64,000 bases of DNA from a phage: NCBI GenBank assembly GCA_012646185.1, contig GCA_012646185.1_4706.1; one strand, given 5' to 3'. Each line of letters opens with the position of its first letter. The first letter of the stretch is position 1. Shown here piece after piece: positions 20,586 through 31,163 of the stretch. Position numbers and translations under genes: made by a program. A model generated the notes under the pieces. The model saw only the letters and a program-made list of their open reading frames with translations. It searched no databases and was not told the origin of the DNA.

Positions 20586-20996
20586 TCAGAAAGGAGGACG
20601 ATCTTTAAATTCTAGCAACGTGTCTTCGAAGCAAGCGATAAGTTCAGACTGCAATTCGGTACGGCCTTGTTCACCGAAGAGTTCCAGCAACATTAACCCC
20701 CGAGCGGTCTTCGTAGCAACCTCTTCGCAGATGCGGAGATCGTGAACTTCATCATCGCCGACATCTTTACGTAACTGCGCTGCAATGGGCTTAAGATTGC
20801 CGTTTTCATCGTGTTCGTCACGAAATGCATCATAAGCCGCATCGATGTTCGCGATCCGTGTCAACCCTTCAGAATCCCGCCAGTCTCGATATAATCCAAG
20901 AAGACGGTTATGATTCTTCGTTTTGACGTTCGGTGCCGGAAGGTTGCGCAACAGATGTGGTGTAATCATTGCTATCACGCTATCCGAATGATCCAT
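20586..20996 (-). CDS. hypothetical protein
   Basis: 136-aa ORF. Confidence 0.45.
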   Translation of the reverse strand: MDHSDSVIAMITPHLLRNLPAPNVKTKNHNRLLGLYRDWRDSEGLTRIANIDAAYDAFRDEHDENGNLKPIAAQLRKDVGDDEVHDLRICEEVATKTARGLMLLELFGEQGRTELQSELIACFEDTLLEFKDRPPF

Positions 20997-21007
20997 CGTA
21001 TACCTCG

Positions 21008-23176
21008 TTAGCTTTCGCAGTCATCTGCGTCGATGATTTGTCCGCCAGCAACGTTCAGTTGATGATACAGAATCCTCAACGCACGGTTGCCGCCAATGGG
21101 ATACTTCTCGAAGTTGGTTGCAATAGGAATCGCTGACGGTTTATCGGTCGCATAGATGCTTTCAGTGATGCTATCCACCTGTTTTGGATTGTTCGCATAA
21201 TCCATAAAGACGCTCGCGAACCATCCGCCAGCAAAGGCGGTAACTTCGCGATGTTCAGATTCACCACAGTAACGAGTTGGTTGCTCTTTACCCGGAGAAC
21301 TGTATTTATCGCTATTACTGAGTTTCGACGGTAGTCCATGCGCTTGCAGTTTAGGGATGCCCACCGCTGACCAGTCGTTCGCCGTCTTCTCCAACATCAT
21401 GATGTACGTGTCACCGATCGCAATATCGTTCTTGGTTGTCCGCCACTGCCCAGAACGCCCACGATACCGTACAGGACCTTTCTTCAACGGGAACTCACGA
21501 ATCAGATTCTCCATACGTTCTGAACCTGCTGCGATACTGTCTGTCGGGATATAAACTTCCGTACCGTGGCGTTGTACGTACCGTAAATGATCCCATTTAT
21601 CCTCATCCGTGATACAGTATTTTTCAACAACCTGTTCCACGAATTCAGGACTGACGATATAGTAGTAGCGCATCAGTGTGTTCCAAGCGGTCTCCAGATC
21701 GCCTGCATCCATCACCGGTTTCAGTTCACGCATGATCTGATCACCAACGCCGTTGATGTAAGGTGCGTTAACACGACTTAAACTCATCCTTTTGATTACC
21801 GTACTATCGTCGAACATGAAGTCCGCAACGTTACCCCATTGGTCAACCGGCATTTCATCGTCTTCCATGATGTCGGTTACGACGAATTTATCACCCGCCA
21901 TACCGGTGAATTTAAACCCGATACCTGGAACAACGTCGTACGTGTACGTGATGGTCACACGCCAATCATCGAGATTCTCTTTACGATAATCGCGGGTCGG
22001 TAACACATGACGTAGCTGTCCGTTGGGATTGCGGATATCAATACCGTGTTCAGCATCAGCCAGGTTCAACCACCACATCACCGTTTGATGATGACGTATC
22101 GGCGTACCAACGCGTTCACGTTCGTACTTACGAACAGCATCCTGAATTCGGGTGTAAAGCAAACCAATCGCGTTCTCGTATTTCAGGAATTGACGATACG
22201 GAGGACGCATCTTCTCTTCCATCATAATCGCACGCTCGCGGGCTTGACGTCCAGAACGACGATGCCGGTCGCTGACAACATCGATATCCGTTACACGCGC
22301 ATTCGGTTCCGCGTAAGTGAGGTCGTCGTAAACATAATCCACGCGCTGAAGATTACACGTCATCATGTCAACAACGCTGAGGATAGGATCGATTTCGCGT
22401 GTTGCTGCAAGTAACCCATCCTTACGAATACGCTCACCGTTCTCGGGTATTGCTTGATATACCTCATCGTCACCGTAGAGATTGATTGGGTATCGTGATT
22501 TACCTGATGTGATCGTCCGCTTCTCAATGCCGGTACTGGTGAAATGCTTCAATACACCACGACGGGCAACACCACCATCCTCGATACACTGATAGAAGCT
22601 ACCGAAACACACTTTGCAATCGCGACCGTAACCCCACTCGCGCGTTTCTTGATTGATCGCTGGGCTTTCCATCAAACGAGAATATCGCGGTACGATCTGG
22701 CCTCGACGAAGGGAATGGAACAAGTTGGTTGGTCGAAAACGGAAACCGTACTGCTGATGCATGATGTGATGCTCAGGCACTTCAAGCAAGCGTAGCTCGT
22801 GACGGTTACCATCCTCTTGGTTTTCATACAGCACGTAATGCATCGTGTTTGTTTTGATGCTGTTTGCTGTATGCCCCGGTTGGAAACGTGGGATGATATC
22901 TATGATGCGAGATTCGACTGGAAACTCTACTGACCACGTGTTCTGTCCGTACTGGTATTCGATCCCCGTCGTCAGTCGGGACGGTTTCGCATCTTTGATA
23001 ACCAACGCTTGGCTAAGATGTCCACCAAACATCGCAGCGCGCTGTGCTGAGTTATAATGCAGTAGCCCGTTAAGTCCAGTCCCTACGCCAGTATACTCCT
23101 GTTTAATGGGAATGATTTTACCTTCAGCGATTGCCTGCTTCACAGATTCATAAAGAGGTTTTTCTTTATAATGCAT
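21008..23176 (-). CDS. multisubunit RNA polymerase beta, C-terminal fragment
   Basis: GMAGDKFVV...EDDEMPVDQWGNVADFMFD...IKRMSLSRV resembles the beta catalytic region GDK.AGRHGNKGV...EDMP...VD.V.NP..VPSRMN; start moved to internal ATG (MHYKEK) preceded by aggaag. Confidence 0.55.
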   Translation of the reverse strand: MHYKEKPLYESVKQAIAEGKIIPIKQEYTGVGTGLNGLLHYNSAQRAAMFGGHLSQALVIKDAKPSRLTTGIEYQYGQNTWSVEFPVESRIIDIIPRFQPGHTANSIKTNTMHYVLYENQEDGNRHELRLLEVPEHHIMHQQYGFRFRPTNLFHSLRRGQIVPRYSRLMESPAINQETREWGYGRDCKVCFGSFYQCIEDGGVARRGVLKHFTSTGIEKRTITSGKSRYPINLYGDDEVYQAIPENGERIRKDGLLAATREIDPILSVVDMMTCNLQRVDYVYDDLTYAEPNARVTDIDVVSDRHRRSGRQARERAIMMEEKMRPPYRQFLKYENAIGLLYTRIQDAVRKYERERVGTPIRHHQTVMWWLNLADAEHGIDIRNPNGQLRHVLPTRDYRKENLDDWRVTITYTYDVVPGIGFKFTGMAGDKFVVTDIMEDDEMPVDQWGNVADFMFDDSTVIKRMSLSRVNAPYINGVGDQIMRELKPVMDAGDLETAWNTLMRYYYIVSPEFVEQVVEKYCITDEDKWDHLRYVQRHGTEVYIPTDSIAAGSERMENLIREFPLKKGPVRYRGRSGQWRTTKNDIAIGDTYIMMLEKTANDWSAVGIPKLQAHGLPSKLSNSDKYSSPGKEQPTRYCGESEHREVTAFAGGWFASVFMDYANNPKQVDSITESIYATDKPSAIPIATNFEKYPIGGNRALRILYHQLNVAGGQIIDADDCES

Positions 23177-23207
23177 AGGACTTCCTATTATCGAATTGAG
23201 GTACGTC

Positions 23208-23561
23208 ATGTCTAACACGCCCCTGAACGACTTTCTTAAGACAAACCCCGATGACCTCATCCACGATCTTGATTTCAGGAACGTTGTTGAGATGCATCTG
23301 GAATATTTCAAAAATGCCGGACTGGTCTCTACGATAGACATACCACCCGAACGCGCCTACGAATTCGATGGTAACTTTTATGGATTGTGTCGTGTTCTGC
23401 TCGGCGAGGGTAGCGAACCAATGCACTGGATAACCATGAGACTCAATGGTTATCGCGACCCTACGGAATACACCGCCGATGTTCTAACCATGAAGATTGT
23501 CGATACAAGCGCAATCAACACATTAAAACAACAGTACCGCACAATCCACTACAGCGCTTAA
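23208..23561 (+). CDS. hypothetical protein (plus-strand gene embedded in minus-strand block)
   Basis: ORF with gaggt RBS-like sequence before ATG (MSNTPLND); stem-loop 23568-23595 follows. Confidence 0.4.
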   Translation: MSNTPLNDFLKTNPDDLIHDLDFRNVVEMHLEYFKNAGLVSTIDIPPERAYEFDGNFYGLCRVLLGEGSEPMHWITMRLNGYRDPTEYTADVLTMKIVDTSAINTLKQQYRTIHYSA

Positions 23562-23626
23562 GATAACCCTCCCACAGCGTAAAGCGTAGGGAGGGCATTT
23601 ATGCCGTCGTTCGATGACTTAATACA

Positions 23627-24907
23627 TCAGAAACGATTCACAGTACGTCCTGTCCACGCGCTCAGGATGTTGTTACGTTCCATCTCAGCCCGACGACGTA
23701 AACCGTTTGGCGACTGCGGTGCTTGCGGCATCCCCCATCCAGCCGGTTGCATACCCATGCCCGGCCAAGCAGCGTTATTGAACATCGTACCGTTACGTTC
23801 CGCAACACGGTTCATCAGCGCATCAAACGTGCTATTACCTGCCGGTTGGTTACCGCCGCTTTCCCACTGATTAGGTTGGACAGGTGCGGTTTTACCCAAC
23901 AGGTTATCGATCACACTGCCTGTTGAAGCAGGACGCGGTTGCATACCTTCATGTGCAGCTGCTGATGGATTTGGCTTAACCGTCGGCTGTGGACGACTGT
24001 TCAGCGTTACACCCATGTTGTATTTCGCTGGCGGAATCTGACCACGATGTTGATTGATCGGTTCAAAATCCTCAACCCAGGTAACATCACAGTAGCCGTT
24101 CTCTTTACCGTCGTACTTATCACCAAACAGTTTGATGAGATTGTTCAGCGGTTCCATCAGCTTAGCGAAGCTGTGGATAAGACAATCGAAATACGGAGCA
24201 TGAGGATCGCTTGACCCAGCGTTGTACGTTTCACTTACCTCACCCGCGTGCGGGATAACGTACTCAACCAGGTTTCTCAGCATGTTAAGATCTTTCTTGG
24301 AAATCTCAACACCACACCAGTACGTTTTCTTATCTTTCGTGCTGATGTGTTCTTCTTCCATGAACGGGAAAGTAACGACCGCAACGCGGGTCATCTTCTT
24401 ACCCATGTAGGTTGCGCCGGTACGACGAAGATAAATTTTGGACAGCGTATACGGTGTGTCGCGTTTCAGCCAAACGGTGACCAGTTTGCCCAGGGTCGTT
24501 AGTGTTTTATCGCTGGCGTCCGCAAGGATGTTGAAGAACTCTTTTTGCTTCGGTCCGAAACGTTTTGCTTCTTTAGGATTGATTGCGGTTTCAACCATCC
24601 AAATCAGCATGGAGCATAGCGTGGCGTTAAAACGAACAACCATCGCACGACGCAGGAACTGAAGTACTTCCGATTCGCCGTTCATCACGTCTTCACTTAG
24701 CGGATGGAACAGCACACGTTCAGCCAGCTGATTTCCGGTACGAACTTCAGAAACCGGCATCAGCAACGGCATGCTTTCCACGGTAGCGGCAACTGCAACA
24801 ACTTTACCATCCCCATCCGTAAAACGATATTCTAATTCGTGGGCGTCATTCTCAAAATAGTTAACGCTCTGTAGTGCTTTGCGATAAGCTTCGATAAGCT
24901 TCGACAT
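23627..24907 (-). CDS. hypothetical protein with P/G/Q-rich C-terminal region
   Basis: 426-aa ORF. Confidence 0.5.
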   Translation of the reverse strand: MSKLIEAYRKALQSVNYFENDAHELEYRFTDGDGKVVAVAATVESMPLLMPVSEVRTGNQLAERVLFHPLSEDVMNGESEVLQFLRRAMVVRFNATLCSMLIWMVETAINPKEAKRFGPKQKEFFNILADASDKTLTTLGKLVTVWLKRDTPYTLSKIYLRRTGATYMGKKMTRVAVVTFPFMEEEHISTKDKKTYWCGVEISKKDLNMLRNLVEYVIPHAGEVSETYNAGSSDPHAPYFDCLIHSFAKLMEPLNNLIKLFGDKYDGKENGYCDVTWVEDFEPINQHRGQIPPAKYNMGVTLNSRPQPTVKPNPSAAAHEGMQPRPASTGSVIDNLLGKTAPVQPNQWESGGNQPAGNSTFDALMNRVAERNGTMFNNAAWPGMGMQPAGWGMPQAPQSPNGLRRRAEMERNNILSAWTGRTVNRF

Positions 24908-24962
24908 ATTGTATTTCCTTTTCTTTACGTCAACGGTCCCCCTACAACAGGGGACCTATGGA

Positions 24963-26549
24963 TTAGAAGTTGCCTTTGGTAGTTACCGCATCCACCAGGT
25001 TAAACAAATCAACGCTCAGCTTATACACCTCCTGCTGGCTACGGTTGAGCAGCGGGCTGTATGCAGATGGGTTGATGTTCGGCATGGTGTACGGAATCGG
25101 TGCAGAACCGTCAACGCTGATCTTGAACTGGCTGTCCAGGAACAGGTTAATCGCGCCGCTCACCATAACCGCATTCGGGTTGTTGCCCAACATGGAGGGT
25201 AGGATATTGGTAATCATGTCAGAACGCATTTGTTCAGCAGCACGGTTACAATCGTATCCTTTAATGAACGGTACTGCGTCGGTAACCGCAACCGCCCACT
25301 GACCAGGCATGATACCGAGTTCTGGGTGACCATGGTTGTCAGCAATGAAACGGAACGATTCCAACATGCGGTATGTCATCGCAGCAGGCATCATTGCAGC
25401 AAGCGATGAGCAATACAGCGTTGGATAATCGATCACGTCCCAGCTCTGACTATCGGTCGGCATCCAACCAAACTCGGTGGTTGCTGATGTACCACGACGA
25501 GCTTCCACATACGGGAATAACGTTAAGACATCACGGATATGTTCACCGAACATCCGTTTCATGTCCGCCCAACTCAGGCTGCCGCTGAACGCGAATCCTT
25601 CATCACGCATAATCGCACCGAATACCGGATGCGCAACCAACGGTTCTTCGCGAACAGCTTGAGCGGCTTCTACGTAAATATCCTCGTTCTCTGCGCTACC
25701 TGGATGAGACCCGCTTTCGTACGTCTGACGAATAGCCCCAACATTATCGAAGGCTTTTCTTAGATAAATGGTTGGGATGTTCGTATCGGCACTAGCGGGT
25801 TTGATTTTCTCTGTTGCGAAACACATTGCTGCTTCCACACCACGGAAAACCGGTTCCGGTTGCGGTGGATAGGATGTACGATGAACCACATCAGCGTAGG
25901 CGGGATCGAACTGTTGCATTACGTTCTGCATGGCTGGGTCCATGAACTGGTTATCAAAACCACCATTGCCCACCCAACGCGCTGTTGATGCATAGGTCAG
26001 CGTATCCTGAACACGAGTACTGAACTGAACATCACGATTAACCGGGTCGTATGCGCCGGTCAACAGGTTCGTTGCGTCCATCGGGGTTGCACGAACGATT
26101 TGCTTACCGAACATATCCGTTGTGGTTGTTTCGGTTACCTGGATTACGTTCGTGAAGAAGAACACCAGTTCGTTCGGCAGATCGATAGCGCGCGTTGTAA
26201 ACGCATCGAGGCTTACAGAATGGTCGGTGTATCCAGAAATGTAATGGACACGCTTGGTTCCTGGTGCGAGGGTCAAGGATTCTTCTACCGCCATCATGAA
26301 ATGGAAACGACGTGTGCCCCAACCATTCGCAATCTCCGAAACCCCCTCAGGTTCTGCAGACTGCTGCAACAAACCGGTTGCAAGCTTATTGATTGCTGAT
26401 GGTGTTGTTGCCGTACCGAACTTCGTCGTGTTAATGAAGTCTTCGATGCTACGCATGCTATCTGCGTGGAATCGTAGTGGGCGACGTTGTACGTTGTTGT
26501 ACGGTGCGGTTTCAACCATCAGTATTTCACGAACATTCATCGGGATCAT
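24963..26549 (-). CDS. hypothetical protein
   Basis: 528-aa ORF; no motif recognised. Confidence 0.5.
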   Translation of the reverse strand: MIPMNVREILMVETAPYNNVQRRPLRFHADSMRSIEDFINTTKFGTATTPSAINKLATGLLQQSAEPEGVSEIANGWGTRRFHFMMAVEESLTLAPGTKRVHYISGYTDHSVSLDAFTTRAIDLPNELVFFFTNVIQVTETTTTDMFGKQIVRATPMDATNLLTGAYDPVNRDVQFSTRVQDTLTYASTARWVGNGGFDNQFMDPAMQNVMQQFDPAYADVVHRTSYPPQPEPVFRGVEAAMCFATEKIKPASADTNIPTIYLRKAFDNVGAIRQTYESGSHPGSAENEDIYVEAAQAVREEPLVAHPVFGAIMRDEGFAFSGSLSWADMKRMFGEHIRDVLTLFPYVEARRGTSATTEFGWMPTDSQSWDVIDYPTLYCSSLAAMMPAAMTYRMLESFRFIADNHGHPELGIMPGQWAVAVTDAVPFIKGYDCNRAAEQMRSDMITNILPSMLGNNPNAVMVSGAINLFLDSQFKISVDGSAPIPYTMPNINPSAYSPLLNRSQQEVYKLSVDLFNLVDAVTTKGNF

Positions 26550-26550
26550 T

Positions 26551-28137
26551 TTATTTTTTTCCTCTTAAATTTACTACGTGTTCATTTAATCGAACAACTA
26601 ATTGCACAAGCTGCTGACGGATATCTGCTGGACAAAGCATCAATCCTTTACGGTCAGCTGGGACTTTCTCAAGGATTTCCGGGCCTGCTGCTGAAACATC
26701 CCAGTCCCATTCACAAAACGCATCGGCCACCATGTTAATACCGACAACCGGTAAAGTTGTACGTTCATCTTCATACATGGCGTGTGGATACAATTTATTG
26801 ACAGTAATGATCTCCTGTGGTTTTAATTGGTGGATAATCTGATAAACATCGTCGCGTTTGACCTGGATACCTACGGTCAGCGCTGCCAGTTGAGGAAAAC
26901 CCCAATGGTCTAATAAGCAAGCTGCAATCGCTAACGCTTTTGCTTGATGCACGGCTTCAATCGGTGCCAGACTTCTCGCCGGAAGATGGCTATCAAGCAA
27001 CCATTGTGCCAGTGCTCGGCATCCACGGTTGATTGGTTTTAACTCAACGGTGTCATCATGTTTAGCGTACGTGTATCCGTCGTAACGTTTTGCGATACGC
27101 GCATACATGTCTTCAACTTTACCGTAAGGTGCCGTTTCGTCGACGTCGTGCAACACACGTTCCATCTGGGTAAGATACGCGATATCAAGAATGAGTACAC
27201 GCGGTGAACGTTTATCTTTCACCATCAACGCATCAATCACGCCTTGACTGTCTTCATCTTGCGCGTTCCCTCGTGGGGTTTTCTCACGAATCGGTCCGCT
27301 GAAACGTCGTTCCGTACAAAGGTTATTCACATAGCTAAAGATCAGTGTTACCAGATGCGTACAACTCACCAACACCCCATCTTTAACGACAGGCTGTACG
27401 GCTTGGTCCAAGTCGCGTACGGCGAGACGGCGGACGATGGCTTGTGAACGCAACCAGCCGGGCACTTTCTCCGTCGACATGTAATCCACGGTCATCGACA
27501 GCGTGATCTTTTTATCACCCGTCTGTGCGCGGATATAGTCTTCCAGTCGGTCGTAAGCGGCGATATCGTGAATGCGTGTTTTATACATCAACGACATAGC
27601 CACTTCTTCTTTACGAACCGTTCCGTACGTTTTCCCTGCGTCAATCAGAAACTCTGCCCAAATCGGCACCATCAGACGGACGTAGATCGCTAACGCCGTT
27701 AACTCAACGTAATCATTTCGTAAATAGGTTTTCTCAGGAATATCATCCTCACCTAATGTTGTTTTCATGTCCGGCGGTAATTTTACCCAACCCGGGGTAT
27801 TACACAACGCCAGAATCTCTTCGTACACAACCGGTTTGTAAATTTCACCAACAGCGCGACTCAACTCCTCCATTTGTTGTTGTGGAGCAATGTAGTTATC
27901 CATCGCTTCACGTGCTTTAACGAACCCTTCGAAGATGTCGTCAATTCGACGTGGGTTCTTTTGTTCTATCCAGGCGAGATACTTGTTAATCTCCCGCATC
28001 TGATTGCTAGCCATATCCCCATCAATCTTGATGTAACCCTGACCTGAAAATTCCACAGTACGTCCATCACGGTGTTTGATGAGATAGTGATCCAGCTTTT
28101 CTTTTCCTTGCGTCGTAATGACGGGCACTATGTGCAT
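26551..28137 (-). CDS. hypothetical protein
   Basis: Start moved to internal ATG (MHIVPVITTQ); the Arg-rich N-terminal extension in the track looks non-coding; early-promoter-like motif about 60 nt upstream. Confidence 0.5.
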   Translation of the reverse strand: MHIVPVITTQGKEKLDHYLIKHRDGRTVEFSGQGYIKIDGDMASNQMREINKYLAWIEQKNPRRIDDIFEGFVKAREAMDNYIAPQQQMEELSRAVGEIYKPVVYEEILALCNTPGWVKLPPDMKTTLGEDDIPEKTYLRNDYVELTALAIYVRLMVPIWAEFLIDAGKTYGTVRKEEVAMSLMYKTRIHDIAAYDRLEDYIRAQTGDKKITLSMTVDYMSTEKVPGWLRSQAIVRRLAVRDLDQAVQPVVKDGVLVSCTHLVTLIFSYVNNLCTERRFSGPIREKTPRGNAQDEDSQGVIDALMVKDKRSPRVLILDIAYLTQMERVLHDVDETAPYGKVEDMYARIAKRYDGYTYAKHDDTVELKPINRGCRALAQWLLDSHLPARSLAPIEAVHQAKALAIAACLLDHWGFPQLAALTVGIQVKRDDVYQIIHQLKPQEIITVNKLYPHAMYEDERTTLPVVGINMVADAFCEWDWDVSAAGPEILEKVPADRKGLMLCPADIRQQLVQLVVRLNEHVVNLRGKK

Positions 28138-28186
28138 AACAACCTCTTTTCGCGGTTCCCTGTTAAAACGTCTTCTGTGACGTCTA

Positions 28187-28213
28187 CCACAAAGGTAATA
28201 TAAGCGTGAATAA
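28187..28213 (-). promoter_or_regulatory. early-promoter-like motif (minus-strand ...TTATTCACGCTTATATTACCTTTGTGG)
   Basis: Contains TATATTAC; upstream of gene 26551-28137. Confidence 0.5.
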
Positions 28214-28341
28214 TTTTGGATTCCGGCTGAGTTATCGCTCAGCATGCAAGGCATCCCGCCGAAGCGAGACACCTTGCACTAACGGAAAATATTCGCGTTA
28301 CCTTCTGAATCGAAGACTCAGAATGCGATGCTAAAGCGTTA

Positions 28342-29130
28342 TTAGAACGCTAAGCCATCAAAGGCTATGGACGGATCGTCGTCGTCATTTGCGCTTGGCG
28401 CATCCCAACGGGTATCAGGGGCCGCTGAAGCCGAACTTGATGCGTTAGAGTTACCGTTGTACTGGCCATTACCAGCATTACGGTTACCGCCGCCGTTGTT
28501 ATTGTTACGGTTATAGCTATTGTTGCCATTACTTACGCTACGGCTTTCACCGTCGAAATTGGTTGCGAGGATGCTCGGCAACACTGCGCGATGAATACGT
28601 ACAAATTCCAACGCACAAAGCGGAGAAACAACCCCGATCTGTAAAGGTTGCCCAGACTCATCAACCAGAGCGTGGAAACGCGGCGGCTTGAATACGAATT
28701 GGATGTTCGGTTTTTGGTACGCTGTTACAGCGATATATACCGAACCATCATCGTTCTTACCAACCCATGTTGTACTTTCGGTAATCTGTTTCTTCTTACC
28801 TGGGTTATTGCGATCGTCGATAACCTTTTCGTTCTTCATCGCAAAACGTTGGCCTGGTTTACCCTTAGCAACCTGCTCGAGGATCGCAAGCAGGTTATAG
28901 AACGCGTATGAACTCATGCGCGCCCAAATGCTTTCAGCGCGACCCTGCTGGTCTTTACGACCGGTGTAAACCGTGATACGCGGTTGATTCTTAGCAACGC
29001 TAATTTTCAATGAGGGGATTGAATTACCGCCCTCAACCTTTTCGTCCGCCCACAGTTTCCAGTTGTTGTCGTCATACGCTGTAGGAATAATGTTTCCTTG
29101 TGGTTTACTGCCCGAATTCCAATTGCTCAT
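28342..29130 (-). CDS. hypothetical protein with SSB-like architecture
   Basis: 262-aa ORF; N/G-rich low-complexity linker then acidic tail ...NDDDDPSIAFDGLAF. Confidence 0.35.
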   Translation of the reverse strand: MSNWNSGSKPQGNIIPTAYDDNNWKLWADEKVEGGNSIPSLKISVAKNQPRITVYTGRKDQQGRAESIWARMSSYAFYNLLAILEQVAKGKPGQRFAMKNEKVIDDRNNPGKKKQITESTTWVGKNDDGSVYIAVTAYQKPNIQFVFKPPRFHALVDESGQPLQIGVVSPLCALEFVRIHRAVLPSILATNFDGESRSVSNGNNSYNRNNNNGGGNRNAGNGQYNGNSNASSSASAAPDTRWDAPSANDDDDPSIAFDGLAF

Positions 29131-29203
29131 TTTCAGCCTCGTTACGTAGTGTGAATCAATTTCTGGTTCAGATGATAGTCAATATTAGTTAAAAATTACA
29201 GCC

Positions 29204-30037
29204 TCAGCGGAACATGTCCAACAGAAAACGTTTTGCGAAGGGGTCACGTAACTGGTTGACACCAAAGCGTGTACGGTCTTCTGTTGTTAATGGATTCCAT
29301 TGACTCTGTTTCGCAAGATCTAACAGCATCCTTTTTATTTTCACCGGCCCACTGTTGAACTGTACGGCTTGGTCACCGAACGTTCCCAACGTCATCTTTG
29401 TAAATGGAAGATTCGCAACCTCTGGACGATCCCCACCAGTAAGTTTGGTCGACCACTGATGTTTTCGTTTCAAGGTTCCAGTATGGCTTTCTACCAAAAT
29501 AAGTTCACCAAAACCGGTTCTTGCCAACAAGTCAGAAACATAGTGCGTGGTGATATACGATGTCTTGGTTATCGTGGGTAATTTACAATCCATCGATTCG
29601 ATATTAGGGAGTCGATCTACAGACGCCATCAACCCACGATAAAGTGTAGCGAGTCCTTTTTGTTTTTCGGTGTGTGGCTCCTTATGTATAGCGTGCGGAT
29701 AAACACGCTTTATTGACGCATAGGTTGGCGCATATATCCGCAAACGAATATGGGGAACGAGTTCATTCACCAACTGCCTTAGCTGCAGTAACTCGTTTTG
29801 AAAATCCCCTGTTATCATCGATAACGGTAATTTATGTTGTTCAACGTCTTCAAAGCTTTCAACGAAATTGCGTGCTAAAGTACGCAGGTTGAACAACCAA
29901 TCCATCGGTGTTTCTGGCTGTTGCTGTACTGCTGATAGTGTTGCTGACGTCCCTACCGATAAAGGATAATCACCTAACGTGCGGGCGTACATATTGCTCA
30001 TACCCCACAACTCCTTCTTATCATGGCAACGTATCAA
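29204..30037 (-). CDS. hypothetical protein
   Basis: 277-aa ORF. Confidence 0.5.
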   Translation of the reverse strand: MIRCHDKKELWGMSNMYARTLGDYPLSVGTSATLSAVQQQPETPMDWLFNLRTLARNFVESFEDVEQHKLPLSMITGDFQNELLQLRQLVNELVPHIRLRIYAPTYASIKRVYPHAIHKEPHTEKQKGLATLYRGLMASVDRLPNIESMDCKLPTITKTSYITTHYVSDLLARTGFGELILVESHTGTLKRKHQWSTKLTGGDRPEVANLPFTKMTLGTFGDQAVQFNSGPVKIKRMLLDLAKQSQWNPLTTEDRTRFGVNQLRDPFAKRFLLDMFR

Positions 30038-31163
30038 GCCAAGCAGAAACCTTTAAGGCATCAACGTTCGGGTATTTATTACGAATGCGTTCGACCAACA
30101 AACGCTTAACGTTGTCCTTTGTCAAGTCCCCACCTTTCTCGATAACGTTATTGACAAAACTGTTCTTTAATAGCGACTGGTTGTTCTTGGCATCCGTTTT
30201 AATTGACCAGACAAAACCTGGATACAAAGAAGGGATAGAACGAAACGTTTTCGCCGCATCGTCTTCCTTATCGCAGCGTATTCGGATATGATCACCCTTC
30301 TTCAATGGAGCCAATTCCCGTTCCAACACACGGACAATTTCATCTCCAACAAGACCATGCAGTTTTATCGTCTTGTAGACATCTGCTTTCTTGTTTTCAA
30401 CAAATTCCCACTGGTCGTTAAACGTTTCCGTTAACATATAACGGAGATACCCTTTTGGACCTTCTTCACCGTGCGCCAAGCGACCGAACGAACCGCCAAC
30501 CATGATACGTCCTTTCTGGGATTGTAAGTGGATGTGCCCGCTCACGACCCACCCTTGGGTCTTCTCCACCATTGCGTTATACGCATCGCTGCTATGAACA
30601 CATGTTGCTTTTAACGCTTCTGGTGGAAGCTGATATTCAAACGCGCCATGCATCAGAATGAAGTCCGGCGATCCCTTCTCATCAATAAGTCGGTTCACAG
30701 CCGACAACGTCACATCCGGATCGTGGCTGTAGTTATCTGGAAGATAGAGCACTTTTAAACCAAAGTCTTCATCAACCATGCAGAGATCATCGTAATAACG
30801 AACTTTCGCTCCTATCTCCATGACCTCGTTCTGTTCAACGAACCACTGGCTTTGCTTCTGGTCGTGTAAATTGGTACCCTCAAGAAAGATCAACGTAATA
30901 TCGTGTTTTCTTGCATACCGTAACAACCAGGTGCCCCAGGCACGAACAGCAACCACGTCACTCGTCACAAACGTCGTGATACGATCGAAGACATCACCGC
31001 TGAACGTAATCACATCAAGCAGCGCAGGATCTTCTTTTGTAATGTAATAACGCAGTTGGCTAATCAGGTTTACTGTCGGTGTTTGACGATGGATAAAGTG
31101 AATATCCGACAAATTGATTCCACGTAATACCCCAGGCGTTTTATTTCGACTGAAGTCTCGCAT
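30021..31163 (-). CDS. Mre11/SbcD-like metallophosphoesterase nuclease
   Basis: 380-aa ORF; motifs LSDIHF (D-x-H), FSGDVFD (GD), LEGTNLHD (GNHD), LMHGAF, VSGHIH (GH-x-H). Confidence 0.6.
   Translation of the reverse strand: MRDFSRNKTPGVLRGINLSDIHFIHRQTPTVNLISQLRYYITKEDPALLDVITFSGDVFDRITTFVTSDVVAVRAWGTWLLRYARKHDITLIFLEGTNLHDQKQSQWFVEQNEVMEIGAKVRYYDDLCMVDEDFGLKVLYLPDNYSHDPDVTLSAVNRLIDEKGSPDFILMHGAFEYQLPPEALKATCVHSSDAYNAMVEKTQGWVVSGHIHLQSQKGRIMVGGSFGRLAHGEEGPKGYLRYMLTETFNDQWEFVENKKADVYKTIKLHGLVGDEIVRVLERELAPLKKGDHIRIRCDKEDDAAKTFRSIPSLYPGFVWSIKTDAKNNQSLLKNSFVNNVIEKGGDLTKDNVKRLLVERIRNKYPNVDALKVSAWLDTLP

Noticed and set aside
24963-26549. Major capsid protein call for the 528-aa ORF
   Set aside because: No motif or synteny support; left as hypothetical.
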